From Amoebidium appalachense (taxonomy: Eukaryota; Protista; Ichthyosporea): 64,000 bases of DNA. Where the stretch lies: the NCBI GenBank assembly GCA_963693365.1, contig CAVNZM010000010.1, positions 8,557,794 to 8,621,793 on the forward strand, written 5' to 3'. Positions within the stretch are counted from its first letter, which is position 1. Each line of letters begins with the position of its first letter. Position numbers and translations under genes: made by a program. The notes under the pieces are model-generated. The model had not been told where the DNA came from, ran no database searches, and saw only the letters and a program-made list of their open reading frames with translations. Of the stretch, positions 1 to 23,056 are shown in pieces.

Positions 1-144
1 ATGATGTGCACCCTTGCTTTTTACTCATGTGGCGTGCTCCCTGGGTGTGCATCCTTTGTGCACATATAGGTGGCCTTGCTCGTTGCAATTATGCGTCTCG
101 TCCTGTATAGCACATGCTAACATCAACTCCTCCTTATATTCTAG

Positions 145-761
145 CCGTGGGGATGATGGGTATGGGGGCAGCCGTAAGGGGCCCAACGATATGGACAAGT
201 GGGCAGCCCGGCCCGCACAGGGCGGGTCTCTGTTTTCGGATGAGGAGGAGGAGGAAAAGCCAAGGCGCAGGTGCGTGTGGTTGTGTGCTTTGGGGAAACG
301 GAGGGGGGGGGGGGGGCAGGGGGGGCAGGGGGGCAGGGGAGGGGGGGGGGGTTCTTGGCGTGGATGGAGGACTCAGTGTGTTCGTATCCTGGGATGCAGG
401 GATGTGTGGTTGGTGTGAATGGTCTTTTTGGGAAGAGAGGGGAGGGGAGGGGGAAGGGGGAGAGGCAAGGGGGAAGGAGGAGAGGGGTGGCTTGCATGAA
501 GGGTGTATGTGATCTTGTATTGGATGGAGTGGTATGTATGTGGTGGCGGTGGTGGGGTTGAGTGTGGGTGATGGGTTGGTAGGTTTATACGAGTGTCTCT
601 ATGTGTCCGGTGGTGGTGGTGGCGATGGAGGGTAGATAAGCCTTAGATAAGGGCTGCAGCCATAGTCTCTGGTATTGCACGCATGGCTGTGGTAAGATGG
701 GCATGCCGACTGCAGGGGGCGTACGAATTTCTAAAGAGCAAAGACTTCTTTTTTTTTCCCG

Positions 762-803
<42 letters not shown>

Positions 804-3727
804 GGGGGGGGGGGATGGTGTGTTGAAGGTGGGTGGGTGGGGAGGGGGGGTGTCGGGGGGTGGGTGAGAGATGGTGTGTGGGTGTTTCGAGGGTGGTTGG
901 GCGGTGGGTATGAGGGGGGAAGGGGGGGGGAGGGGGAGGGGGGATGACTGAGATTAACCATAGATGCATTGCAGGTCACCCTCTCCAGGCAGCAGGCGCA
1001 AGTCTGAAAGCACATCAAAGTCACGGTGGGTGGCTGGGGGAGGTGGGGTGTTGGTGCGGTGGTGTGTATGCGTGTGTGTGTAGGGGGGGGAAGGGAGGGG
1101 GGGGGAGGGGGCGGGGAGAGAGAGAGAGAAGGGGGGAGGGGGGGGGAGAGAGGGGGGGGGGGGGGGGGGGGGGGGCACCTACAAGCAGGCAGCCCTGGTG
1201 GGTGGGGTGATAGAGAGTGGCCTGTGTGCTGCATTCAGAGAGGGCACGTGCAACGGTGGCTGGGGCCTGGGTGCCATTGGGGCGTGCACTTGTGTGGATG
1301 TTACTGCTGTGTGTGTTTTGGTCTGTTACAATGGGCTGCTCATATCCTCCCCCTCCCTCCCTCTGCCCCTCCTCCCCCTCCCTCGTTCCCTCCCCCCTCC
1401 CCCCACCACCACCACCACACACACACAACACACACACATACTTCCTTCCCATCCCCCAATCCCCCCAATCCCCCCCCCCCCCCCCTCCCCCCCCCCCCCC
1501 ACACCTCTCTACCCCCCTTACAGGCGTGATGATGATGACAGTCCCCCCTCACGGCGCAAGGACACAACAGCAGGGTCACCCCCCCGTAGCCGCAGCAATA
1601 AGACCACACAGAGCAAGAAGAAGACCCCCTCAGCAAAGATGGTCAGTCTGGGTGCTGCTGCTGAGTTTGCAGACACACAGGTGGATAGTGAGGGAGGAGG
1701 GGAGGGACAGGAGGGGGGGCAGAGACAGAGACACGGACAGAGACAGAAAGGGACGGAGAGACGACAGGGGTAGGGACGGGCGGGGGGGAAGTAATGAGAG
1801 AGAGAGTGAGAGGGGAGAGCGGAGGTCGAGTCAGGGAGCAAGGAGGGTCTCCGGAGACCAGGGATTGGAGGATGTGTTTGGGGAGATGAGTCTCGGGGGC
1901 CGGCCACGTGCGCCGTCTGGAGGCGCCGACGATTTTGGAGAGTCCTCGGACTTTGTTGGTAAACACATGTGTTTGTTGCTCATCCCCATACCCCCCATAT
2001 CAGCCCCCCCTTCCCCCCCCAATCCCGAATATTGTTTCTGGTTGTGCCCTTTCAACGTTTTTTCAGGTTTGGGTTTCTTGATGCACTTAAGGTAGCTGGA
2101 ACCATGGAATTGCGGCGATGGCTCTCCGGCCGGGACTCATACGAAAAACAGGGTTACATCGAGAGCAAAAAGGTACACCAATTATGCGCTAGAGCTATAA
2201 TTTTTGGATGATATTTATGTAAATAGTGTTTTCTCAAAACGTTTGGTACAGAAAAATTATAACTTAATTGGTTCGGCTTCAGCGACCAAAAAACCAACTA
2301 CACCAAAATCCGGTACGTTTTTCATAGTACAGCTAATTATGGAGATTACGTATTATAAAAACTATTTGACTCGATTGAGTTATAAAATTTCTGTTCCAAA
2401 CGTTTTATGATCATACCATATACATCTCTTTTCCATGTTCAAACATGCTCTAGCGTTTGTTGTGTGTACCTTTTTGTCTTTTATATTCTTGCTTATAGCT
2501 CAGGCGCGGGTTATACAAAACGTTTGCGTTACCTTTTTGCCCTCCCCTACGGCCCTGGGCCCGGGCCCCGCAGCGTGAGCCAGGTGAGCCACATGTGACA
2601 TTACATTACAATCCTGGCGCGAAAAAAACACACGGCATCCGAGCTCAATGAACTCTGCTGCAGCTATTATATTATTTTGCAGGTATATTGAGGGGGCAAA
2701 AAAAAAAAAAAACTGAAGAGAGGTAATGAAAAGAGGGAACTTTTTATATAGAAAAAACCCATCGCCGAGACTCGGCTGGGTTGACGTATCGTGTTCGCAA
2801 ATTTGATGAGCCACATGTGATTCCCCTCAGATCTTTGATCGCGTGGCGTATGGTCAAAGCCGGACATTTTTTTTTAACGGGAGTAACAATATCAATCAGA
2901 CCCTTATGATCCTTGATGCCTATTTCCATATAAAGGTCTATGCAGCTAGCGCAATGAAAAAAAAGCCTCGCAAACCCAGAAACTCATTATTGGATGTGTA
3001 TTTTGAAATTTCTACTATACGTAGAATTATACGTTTGTAACAGAACAGTCAGAACACGTTTGACCATGCATATATGGCTAAAATTTCCTAATCCGAAATT
3101 GATGCCCCTGGGGTACTCGCATGATATACGCCACACATTAGAGTTTTGGGAGACTAGTGAAGCAAACTCTTAGCCAATCATTTTATAGATGCTTTTTGAG
3201 CCAACGCTGCTTTTTTCGTATTTCATTTCTAACCTTTTTTGGTTATTCGTCATTGTGTCACACGATGCTATTGGCCAACTGGTGTTACGTTTCAGCCAAT
3301 CAGAGCATGGCCGGGTCGATGAAACCCATGGTTTCGTCCTCCTTAATTTTTGCACCCCTCTGCATTGCGTGTCTGAGCCAATGATGTTGCCTTTTGACCC
3401 AGCAGCAAGCGCGCACTGTCTCCTATGGAGTCCACCGTGCAAAAGAGAGAAAGAGTTTCTGAACTGCTCTTTTTCTCTTCTCTATTTCCTTCTTGACCCT
3501 GTGTCCCCATATAGATTCTAAAATGATCCTACAACGCACATATATCCTATATGCTGCCGCTGCTTTGCTTTGTAAATCTTGTTACCTAGCTCACCACATT
3601 CTGACCCTTCCCCCCCTCTCCCCCCCCCCCCCCCCCCCCCCCCCCCTCCCCCCACAGATGCACCTGCACCCCAGCCAGCCGCTGCTACCGACCCGTTTGG
3701 CGACTTTGCTACGGTACAGCCTGTAAC

Positions 3728-3766
<39 letters not shown>

Positions 3767-4375
3767 TCTCTCTCTGGTCAGAATGTGCTCTATTTCGGAC
3801 GCATATTTTTTGTGTGTCCTTTGCAAAATCTGTGTTGTGTGTCGTTTGCATTAACGTTAATTCGTACTCATAGCACATTCTAAATTCTCTCTACCTTCCC
3901 CCGCTCCCCGACTCCACTCAAGAACACGTACACCATAAATTCTTCCCCCCCCCCCCCCCCCCCCAGGGAAGTATCGACTTAGGTATCGACGGGGGAGCTT
4001 CCTAGAAGCCCCGTCTCCTGAGTTCCTATCTATATTTTTCTTGCTTCTGCTTACTGCTGCAACTTTAACCCCCGGCCTTTCCCACTGCCCTTGCCTGCAT
4101 AAGCAACCCTGCTCGTCTCTGATCAAGACGGGTGACCTACTCATGTTCAAGTGAAACAGTATCTGAGTTGGGTTTCGTTAACGAGGGGAATAGGTCGAAA
4201 CTCGGGTACTGTGGATGACGTGGGCCCCCCCTGAGGATGGGCTCTGCTTATTATGCATACTCTTTATGTATGGCTTGCATTCTGCATCGTGTTATCCGTT
4301 TGTTCTTGTGTACTTCGTACTTTTTGACGCATTCAAACCCCCCCCCCCCCCCTTCCCCCCCCCCCCCCAAAAAAA

Positions 4376-4406
<31 letters not shown>

Positions 4407-5137
4407 GGAAGGAAGGAAGAAAGAAAGGAAGAAGAAAAAAAGAAAAAAAGAGAAAGAAAGAAAGAAGAAAGAAGAGAAAGAGAACAACAGGAATTTTGGG
4501 CATACTCACTCAAAGCTTTTATCTGAATGCTTCTCTACTAGCTGCCAGCATGCTTGCGTGCCTTTTCTTGTGAGCGGGTTCACACACAAACATGATTGTG
4601 TATGTGTTTTCTGTTTGGGTGTGTGTGCGCGTGCGCCTTAGCACTAGAGAGTGTGTGTGTGTGCGCGTGTGAGCGTGTGTCTGTGTGTGTGTGTTGGGGG
4701 AGGAGGGGCTTGCCGTCCTGTATATGCCTATCCACTTTCGCGCACGTGTGTGTGTTTGTGTGTGTGTGGGTGGGTGTGTTCATAGCCATCTACATGTGTG
4801 CTTGTGTGTGCACTTACACGTATGTCTACACATCAGACACAGCCGGCCTCAGCATTTGATGTGTTTGGGGCCATGCCCAGCCAGCCAGCAGCCATGCCTG
4901 CAGCAAGCCCTGCCTTCTATGGTGCACCCATGGCCCAGGTGAGGATCAATTCTGATTGGTTGGTGTGCTTATATGCGTGGTCTTAGGAATGCGGGTTTAG
5001 GAGGTGGCTTGCATCGCTGATGTTGCTCACACCGCACACCTCACCACACACTGCACGGTACACCAATATGCAGGCACACAGGCACAGGTATTAGAGCCGC
5101 CTGCACACACGCACACACACATGCACACACACACACG

Positions 5138-5185
<48 letters not shown>

Positions 5186-5266
5186 GATACATGCACACAG
5201 ACACACATGCCACACACACACATACAGATACACGCACACAGACACGCATGCACACACACACACATG

Positions 5267-5352
<86 letters not shown>

Positions 5353-5433
5353 GATACATGCACACAGACACGCATGCCACACACACACATACAGATACAC
5401 GCACACAGACACGCATGCACACACACACACATG

Positions 5434-5527
<94 letters not shown>

Positions 5528-5742
5528 TACATGCACACAGACACATGCATGCACGTGCACACCCGCTCACCTCCGTTGCTCTCTCCTTTTCTCCCTCACT
5601 CACCTGCTCACTCCATTATTTCCCACTCGTGACTGTGCACGTGGGCAGGTGGCACCCATGGGTATGGCTGGGGGTATGGCCGGTGCCGGTGCAGGGGTGG
5701 ACCTGTTTGCCATGGCGCCACCAACGGCGTTCGCACAGCCGC

Positions 5743-5804
<62 letters not shown>

Positions 5805-5831
5805 GTGTGTGCGTGCGCACGTGTGTGTGTG

Positions 5832-5869
<38 letters not shown>

Positions 5870-6025
5870 TGTGTGTGTGTGTATGTGTGCTTATTGGCGC
5901 ACACGCATGTGCACGTGTGTGTGTGTGGCTTTGAGGAATGCTCTGATATCTCTCGGCCGCTGTTTCTCTCTTGCCTCCGAATTGTTGCGGTATTAAATGT
6001 CTTCTGGAAATTCGGGAGGTGGGGT

Positions 6026-6123
<98 letters not shown>

Positions 6124-6527
6124 AAATGATATATACTGCACTGGTGTTGTAACGTATGCGGCTGAGTGGTGCGCTCATTCATTTGTCTCCATAGACCATG
6201 CGACAGAAGGCCCCTGCAGTGGCCCCTGCAGGGGGGTTCCAAAACACCGCTGGGTTGGGGGGACTGGTTTCCCTAGATCCCGCCGCTCTCTCCCGTCCCG
6301 TTCCAAAGGCTCCCTACACCCAACAGACAACCATGGGAATGGGGGGCGTCGGATCGATGAGTGGCGGATTCGGGGGTGTAGGGGGAATGGCAGGGGCCAG
6401 GCCGATGGGTGGCATGGTGGGTGCTATGCCTATGGGGTCTATGGGGAAGGCACCCCAGACCGGGGGGTTTCAACAGCCAGGTGTGAACAAGCAGAATACC
6501 CAACAGGGGGGTTTCTCGTTGTTGTAG
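145..6527 (+). CDS. CLINT1: Epsin-related / clathrin interactor 1 (epsinR)-like protein, 3' part; the ENTH domain would lie upstream of the window
   Basis: Phase-consistent GT-AG exons 145-270, 1524-1958, 3658-3713, 4837-4938, 5649-5744, 6195-6527 (TAG). They need one 1-nt correction in the G7 run at 1713-1719. The peptide has an acidic SDEEEEEK segment, [14 protein letters not shown] (like CLINT1 PSKTIDLGAAAHY), DDFGE/DPFGDF/DLF adaptor-binding motifs, LVSLD and a Met/Gly-rich C-terminus. Confidence 0.75.
2087..3520. mobile_element. AT-rich intronic insertion, probably decayed DNA-transposon/MITE material
   Basis: Abrupt switch to AT-rich, repeat-free sequence inside a CLINT1 intron, starting at TTAA|GG. 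Internal repeat TGAGCCACATGTGA at 2585 and 2807. No matching TIR/TSD found. Confidence 0.3.
3781..3884 (+). mobile_element. Divergent 3' fragment of the C-tract element family
   Basis: GCTCTATTTCGGACGCATA resembles GCTCTGCTTATGACGCATA; TTCGTACTCATAGCACATTCTAAA resembles TTCGTACCGTGTTCCGCATTCAAA. It lies between C-rich tracts. Confidence 0.4.
3964..4337 (+). mobile_element. C-tract-associated non-coding retroelement-like repeat, subfamily A, copy 1
   Basis: Near-identical to 7436-7808. Poly(C) on both sides (3945-3963 and from 4338). Ends ...GACGCATTCAAA-Cn. Confidence 0.85.
5103..5560. repeat. (CA)n microsatellite array with higher-order duplication
   Basis: Long CA runs interrupted by a repeated ATACAGATAC(A/G)...CATGC block. 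Confidence 0.9.
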
Positions 6528-6553
6528 AAATTTTAGAAGAGGAGAGGAAGCGG

Positions 6554-6588
<35 letters not shown>

Positions 6589-7309
6589 GCTTGAAAAGAT
6601 ACGCAATGGGTTCTTCATTGCGCGGTGTTTGTTCTTAGATTTGTGGGTTCGCTTCAGCGTTCTTTCCAGTTGTATCGTGATTCGTTCTTGTCTTCTTCTG
6701 AGTGTTTCTGAGAAAGTTTTGAAAGGTGTTTTCTTGTGCAGAGGCTGAACAAAGGCTGCAATATGCAAAGCGTGCATTGCGCGCGCAAAGATTGATTACT
6801 TTTTCCACCAAGGTTGAAGATATCGCATGTGATCGGGTGCTGATGAATGCTTGCCATATTCTTCAGTATTCCAGCAGGTTAGGAGATATTCAAAGCTAGA
6901 TTGGTGTGCTTGGTATTGAAGTAGCTTCATGATGGAGATAAGTTGTGTTGTTGCGTCAAAGTCCAATGTCACCACAATAAATGTTGCTGACCTGCTATGT
7001 AAATTAAATAAATAATTCCAAATTTCACTGACAGCAGTAGTTCGAAATCTTCAATAACCCCCCTCCCCCCTCTCCCCTCCCCCCCTCCCAACAAAACACA
7101 CACACACACACACACCCAAAGACACACACATACGTGTACACACACCCACTCACACGCAGCTCGTACACACAACTGCAGGGGGCGCATATACACAAACACA
7201 CATAAAGATACACAATCAAATGCATTGGCCATGGGTCAAACACGGCTTCACATACTCAAACCCACCACAACTTGGCCAACCCCCTTTCTCCCCACTCCCC
7301 CCCCCCCGA

Positions 7310-7806
7310 GTTGCTTATGCAGGCAAGGGCAGTGGGAAAGGCCGGGGATTAAAGTTGCAGCAGTAAGCAGAAGCAAGAAAAATATAGATAGGAACTCAGG
7401 AGACGGGGCTTCTAGGAAGCTCCCCCGTCGATCGACAGGGAAGTATCGACTTAGGTATCGACGGGGGAGCTTCCTAGAAGTCCCGTCTCCTGAGTTCCTA
7501 TCTATATTTTTCTTGCTTCTGCTTACTGCTGCAACTTTAACCCCCGGCCTTTCCCACTGCCCTTGCCTGCATAAGCAACCCTGCTCGTCTCTGATCAAGA
7601 CGGGTGACCTACCCATGTTCAAGTGAAACAGTATCTGAGTTGGGTTTCGTTAACGAGGTGAGTAGGTCGAAACTCGGGTACTGTGGATGACGTTGGCCCC
7701 CCCTGAGGATGGGCTCTGCTTATTATGCATACTCTTTATGTATGGCTTGCATTCTGCATCGTGTTATCCGTTTGTTCTTGTGTACTTCGTACTTTTTGAC
7801 TCATTC

Positions 7807-7808
<2 letters not shown>
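7310..7808 (+). mobile_element. C-tract element subfamily A, copy 2, with inverted duplication of its 5' part
   Basis: 7310-7432 is the reverse complement of 7457-7579 (two mismatches seen). 7436-7808 matches 3964-4337. C-runs at 7297-7307 and from 7809. Confidence 0.85.
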
Positions 7809-7843
<35 letters not shown>

Positions 7844-8002
7844 ACCCCCTCCCCCTCCCCCCTTCCCCCCCACCCCAACACACATACACACACATGCCCA
7901 TCCACCCCCCCAAACCTATCTTGCTTCAGTGCAAGCATAACACAAAGTAAGCGACACCGCAAGCAGATAAAGCAGTTGAATACATAGACATATGCATGTC
8001 CC

Positions 8003-8067
<65 letters not shown>

Positions 8068-8259
8068 TTCCCCTGTTCATGAATTCTCACACACACGCAC
8101 ACACGCCGTGACACCGTGGGGGCAAGGGAAAGAACCATCTTTTCTGTAAATCACGTTCTCTGTAGGCATGCCCAGCTGCCTGTACACGTGGGCCAGAGGG
8201 GTTAGGAGTCCAGGTCTTTGGACCACGGAGTTCTGCCGCCTGCGACCTGTCACCTGTTG

Positions 8260-8375
8260 ATGCTGACCAATCAACAAGAGCGTTTATTGCTTTATAAAGT
8301 TACATATTACCGATTACGATTGGGCAATTGGGTTGTGCCAGTGAGCCAATTCTCATTGGCTACAAACCAAAATGC
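8260..8375. promoter_or_regulatory. Cluster of CCAAT/ATTGG boxes upstream of the hexokinase-like gene
   Basis: Five CCAAT/ATTGG pentamers within about 100 bp, about 400 bp upstream of ATG 8763. Confidence 0.4.
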
Positions 8376-8762
8376 TTTTTTGTGGGCGCGCGCGCTCTCA
8401 CTGAGCTAGCTCAACTGACTCAGTCTGTAGCTTCGAGCCACTAGTAGTTGCACCAACTTTGACTCTCGAAAACCAATTCCCTCTATACAGGGTGTCTGTC
8501 TGTCACCTGCCGCAAAATATAGTTGTGTGGGTGAAAGTTTTTGCACTCCACGGGATGTGCACGCTTGTGCGTTGGCACTGCTAATGTTTTACCGCGTCCA
8601 GCACGCACAGGTGCTATTGGGGTGCCGTCCAGGCCGCATTTGAATAGCATTACCCTCCCATCAATCACACGCCACTACCATACTGGAGATCGGGTAGTGT
8701 TTCTCTTTTCCTTTTGCGGACAGCAGCAGCCACTGTTGTGATAGAACATAAAAATAACAAGA

Positions 8763-18717
<9,955 letters not shown>

Positions 18718-18853
18718 CATGCAGGCAAGTATGGGGTTATGGGGTACATGCGTACACATGTCAGTCAGATGCATCTATGCCAACCATCTATGCACGTGCG
18801 CATGACATGCCAGCTTTTTTGACTGGTTGCGGTGATTTTTTTATTTTATTTTT

Positions 18854-18899
<46 letters not shown>

Positions 18900-19560
18900 C
18901 TCTCAAGTGCATGCACATGCACCTTGCAGGCATGGAAGGGTGGTACTAATGGTTGAACAATTATTGCACACCCCTTGAACATTATTGGTCTTGGTTGGGC
19001 TATACCTGCAAACCGGTCCACGTGGCGTGTATATGTGCAACAGAACACAGAGTACATGTACAGTTGTTGGTTGTTATGTTGGTTCTGGCTATAGTGCACT
19101 ATTAGGAAAAAAGGATTGGCTCAACGCATATATACACAGAAGGCCGGAGTAAATTAGCTCATGCTAGTAAAACTAAAATAGTTACTAAAGAGTAAGCGCA
19201 ATAGACGTGATTGTGGCTGCGCGTTTCCTCGAACTTCCATCCTTTTTATCTTGACCTACTTAAAATTTTAACAGGGCTAATGGTCTCCATTGCTGACAAA
19301 CCTAAAACACGTAACGTACCATAAATATGCATCACAAGTACTCCTTATTTTTGCAAGGTGTCAAACCGCTTAATTCGATAAAAAGAAGGGCACCGTTCTG
19401 CTCTCTGTCTCTAGACAGCTGTGCGTGTTTATAACGTTCAAAATTAAAAAGTCGTCTGCACTTCCATATATGGCAAGCACCCATATCTATAGTAGCGTCT
19501 AGCCCGCTGGACCGTGCACACCACTGGCTGGCCCAGTGAGAATATACGTATGATAAATGC

Positions 19561-19678
19561 ACCAATCACGGGCATGTGGTGTTTTTATGCTACAAGGTGC
19601 AGCTGGCTCGGTTCTGGGCACCAATCACGGGCATGTGGTGTTTTTATGCTACAAGGTGGAGCTGGCTCGGTTCTGGTT
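19561..19678. repeat. 59-bp tandem duplication
   Basis: ACCAATCACGGGCATGTGGTGTTTTTATGCTACAAGGTG(C/G)AGCTGGCTCGGTTCTGG twice. Confidence 0.9.
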
Positions 19679-19814
19679 TCCCCCCCACCCCCCTTCCCTC
19701 CCCTTCGGGGGGCGCCCCAAACACACGACCATGCCTCTATTGACAAAAAGGAAGGACACACACCCCCAAACACAACCACCCCATACCGTGGCAAATTTTG
19801 AAAACACACACACC

Positions 19815-20155
19815 CGAATAAACACAACCACCACCTAAAAAAGGAAACAACACACAAACACCATCTAAAAAAGGAAACAACACACAAACAACACACAACC
19901 ACCACCTAAAAAAGGAAACAACACACAAACAACACACAACCACCACCTAAAAAGGGAAACAACACACAAACAACACACACCCGAATAAACACACAACCAC
20001 CACCTAAAAAGGGAAACAACACATAAACAACACACAACCACCACCTAAAAAGGGAAACAACACATAAACAACACACAACCACCACCTAAAAAGGGAAACA
20101 ACACACACCCGAATAAACACACAACCACCACCTAAAAAGGGAAACAACACACACA
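19815..20155. repeat. Approximately 40-bp minisatellite
   Basis: Repeated AACCACCACCTAAAAA(A/G)GGAAACAACACA(C/T)AAACAACACAC with variants. Confidence 0.9.
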
Positions 20156-21124
20156 GCATTGTTAACGCAGCGCAACAAGACCATGCCCAGATCACAGGCC
20201 TCACACGGGCTGGTTAATAAAACAGCAACACGTCTCGAGCACAGGGCACCACACCTACACAACCAATTGCACACGTATAGCAAATGCATATGCAATTGTT
20301 CTTCAGCTTGCAAAGACATGCATGCCACGAACCATCATGGACACAATCGAGGAAAAGGACATGTGCAGGCAAAGACACCTGGACGCCAGGGGTCACAGGC
20401 ACGCAGCACGTGGCTTATGTAAGCCTCCAAACTACACAGCGTGTACGTGCACACATACCAGCCTGCATACGGGGCCATAAAAAAAACCACTGCGCAAGAC
20501 AGACACCTTCCCTCCGTGGACCTGGTTGCAGTTGGTGTGCCATTGCAGGCACCCATGGAACACATGAAAAGAACATAGACGTGCCATATGTGCTGAACAT
20601 GCACAAAGATGTGGATGTAACTACGACCCAGTGTGGGAGGCGTGAACGCACACATGCTTCTGTCAATAAACTTGTAGATCCAGTCATGCACAGGGTGTGT
20701 GTGTGTGCACGTGTATGCGCATGTGAGCACGGATGTGTGATTGCCAGTTATGAAGTGAAGTTGTACACGTTTGCATGTGTGGTGGAAAGCATCGTGCAGA
20801 CATGCGGGTAGGCCAGTGTGTGTGTGTGCAAGTATTTAGCAAATGTTTCTAGATGGTGCTGGGTGTGTGTGTGTGTGGTGTTTTGTGTGCTTGACTGCAG
20901 CGTGTGTATCGGTGTGATTAGATATAGTGTGTGTGTCCATGTACATGAGTTTGGTGTGCGTGTGCACGCACAAAGTGAATAAACGGGCCTGAGCGTAGCT
21001 TGGTGGCCTCCATAAATGCTGGTAGCCACGGCCCAAGCCACCTGCAAATCCTCAGAGCCCAGACACACGGCAACGTGTTATCTAAGGGTCGTTTATTTGC
21101 GTACACACGCAACGACACCAACGT

Positions 21125-21935
<811 letters not shown>

Positions 21936-23030
21936 CTAACGTAGACAACAGAACTTTTTTCCAGACACAGGAGATATCTCCTTATAGTCCATACACTACC
22001 ACTACAACGAGTGTCTTCCGTGTTCCTTGTTCTCTCTTGCTAAGATGTGCACGTTCAAAAAAAGTAGACGCCTGCTCGGAACTCTCAGCCTACACATTAT
22101 AAAACGTCGACGTTTATCGGGCCTTCCCTCAGTCCGCACACAGTAACTGGAACCGGGACCAAACCAAGATTGTTTCCCTCCGTCAAATTAACCGCTGCCC
22201 AAAACACACACTGCTTCGGTCTATGCGCCCCTGCTCGACGATCATGTCGTTATATTTGAGCAAACGACATCCATGGGAACATGTCCAGCAGCAGCAGATG
22301 ATGCTTTTTTCAACATGCGCCATACCCTGCTCCACCACCAGCACCTGCTGTTTTTGTGCTCTCAGTTCGTACTAGTCGACCTCTAAAAATCTGACTGTGT
22401 GTGTTGGATTGATGAGAGGTTGTATGCTATTTAGCACCGAAAACCCGTCCGGACATGTTTGACTCCCTGTGTGTGTCCTAGTGTCCATCCCACCCAAGCC
22501 AAAAGAGCTCCACAGCACTCATCCCGTTTAGAAACTATATCCTTCGTCCACTATACTGTCCAACATGCTGCAAGCTAAAAAAAAAACTCCTACATATCCG
22601 TATTGTAGCCTCTGAACTTTCATTCCCAGCTGATCGTGTCACAGTGCTCCCACATCCCCATGAATTCTTGCAGCACCCTCCCCCGTTCCTGCCTGATCAC
22701 GTCGACTCTTGACGTGTTCCAACGTAACACTACCGTAAATATAAATCTATAACCGCTTATGATACGCCACTATCTATATTGTCTTCTGGAAGGTGGAATC
22801 TAAAATGAGATCTCTGCAAATGCCTCATTGATCATAATCGACTACTACTATCCAGACGTTTGAACTACACTTAACCGTGATTTTTCCCAGTCCCCCGTCG
22901 ACTCGACCGTTTCGATACCGTTTTTTCGTTCGTTCCCCTGGACTCTGTGCGGGTGGGTGGTAGCGGATGGTTGCGGATGGCTGTGGATATCTGTGGATGA
23001 AAGAGGTTTCGGGCACACACGGGCACTCAC

Positions 23031-23056
23031 CGGTGGTGCTCGACACGTAAGAGAAC
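23031..23056 (-). promoter_or_regulatory. Probable short non-coding first exon/TSS of RPL40 with a pyrimidine (TOP-like) start
   Basis: Minus strand TTCTCTTACGTGTCGAGCACCACCG|GTGAGT donor. Matching acceptor CCCACAG| lies just upstream of the ATG at 21851. Confidence 0.5.

Noticed and set aside
1713-1719. Frameshifts in CLINT1-like (1713-1719), the Thr stalk (about 35720-35970) and the ELM2-SANT gene (43978-43983) as programmed frameshifts or pseudogenisation
   Set aside because: All fall in homopolymer or low-complexity runs and small indels restore the frame; most likely long-read consensus errors. Homopolymer lengths throughout the window are also unreliable.
7590-7715. Hammerhead or HDV ribozyme call for the structured repeat (CTGATCA, CGAAAC, CTGAGGA words)
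   Set aside because: CUGANGA is not placed between a stem I and stem II adjoining GAAA in any type I-III topology, and the HDV P3/L3 pattern is absent. Kept as an unassigned fold.
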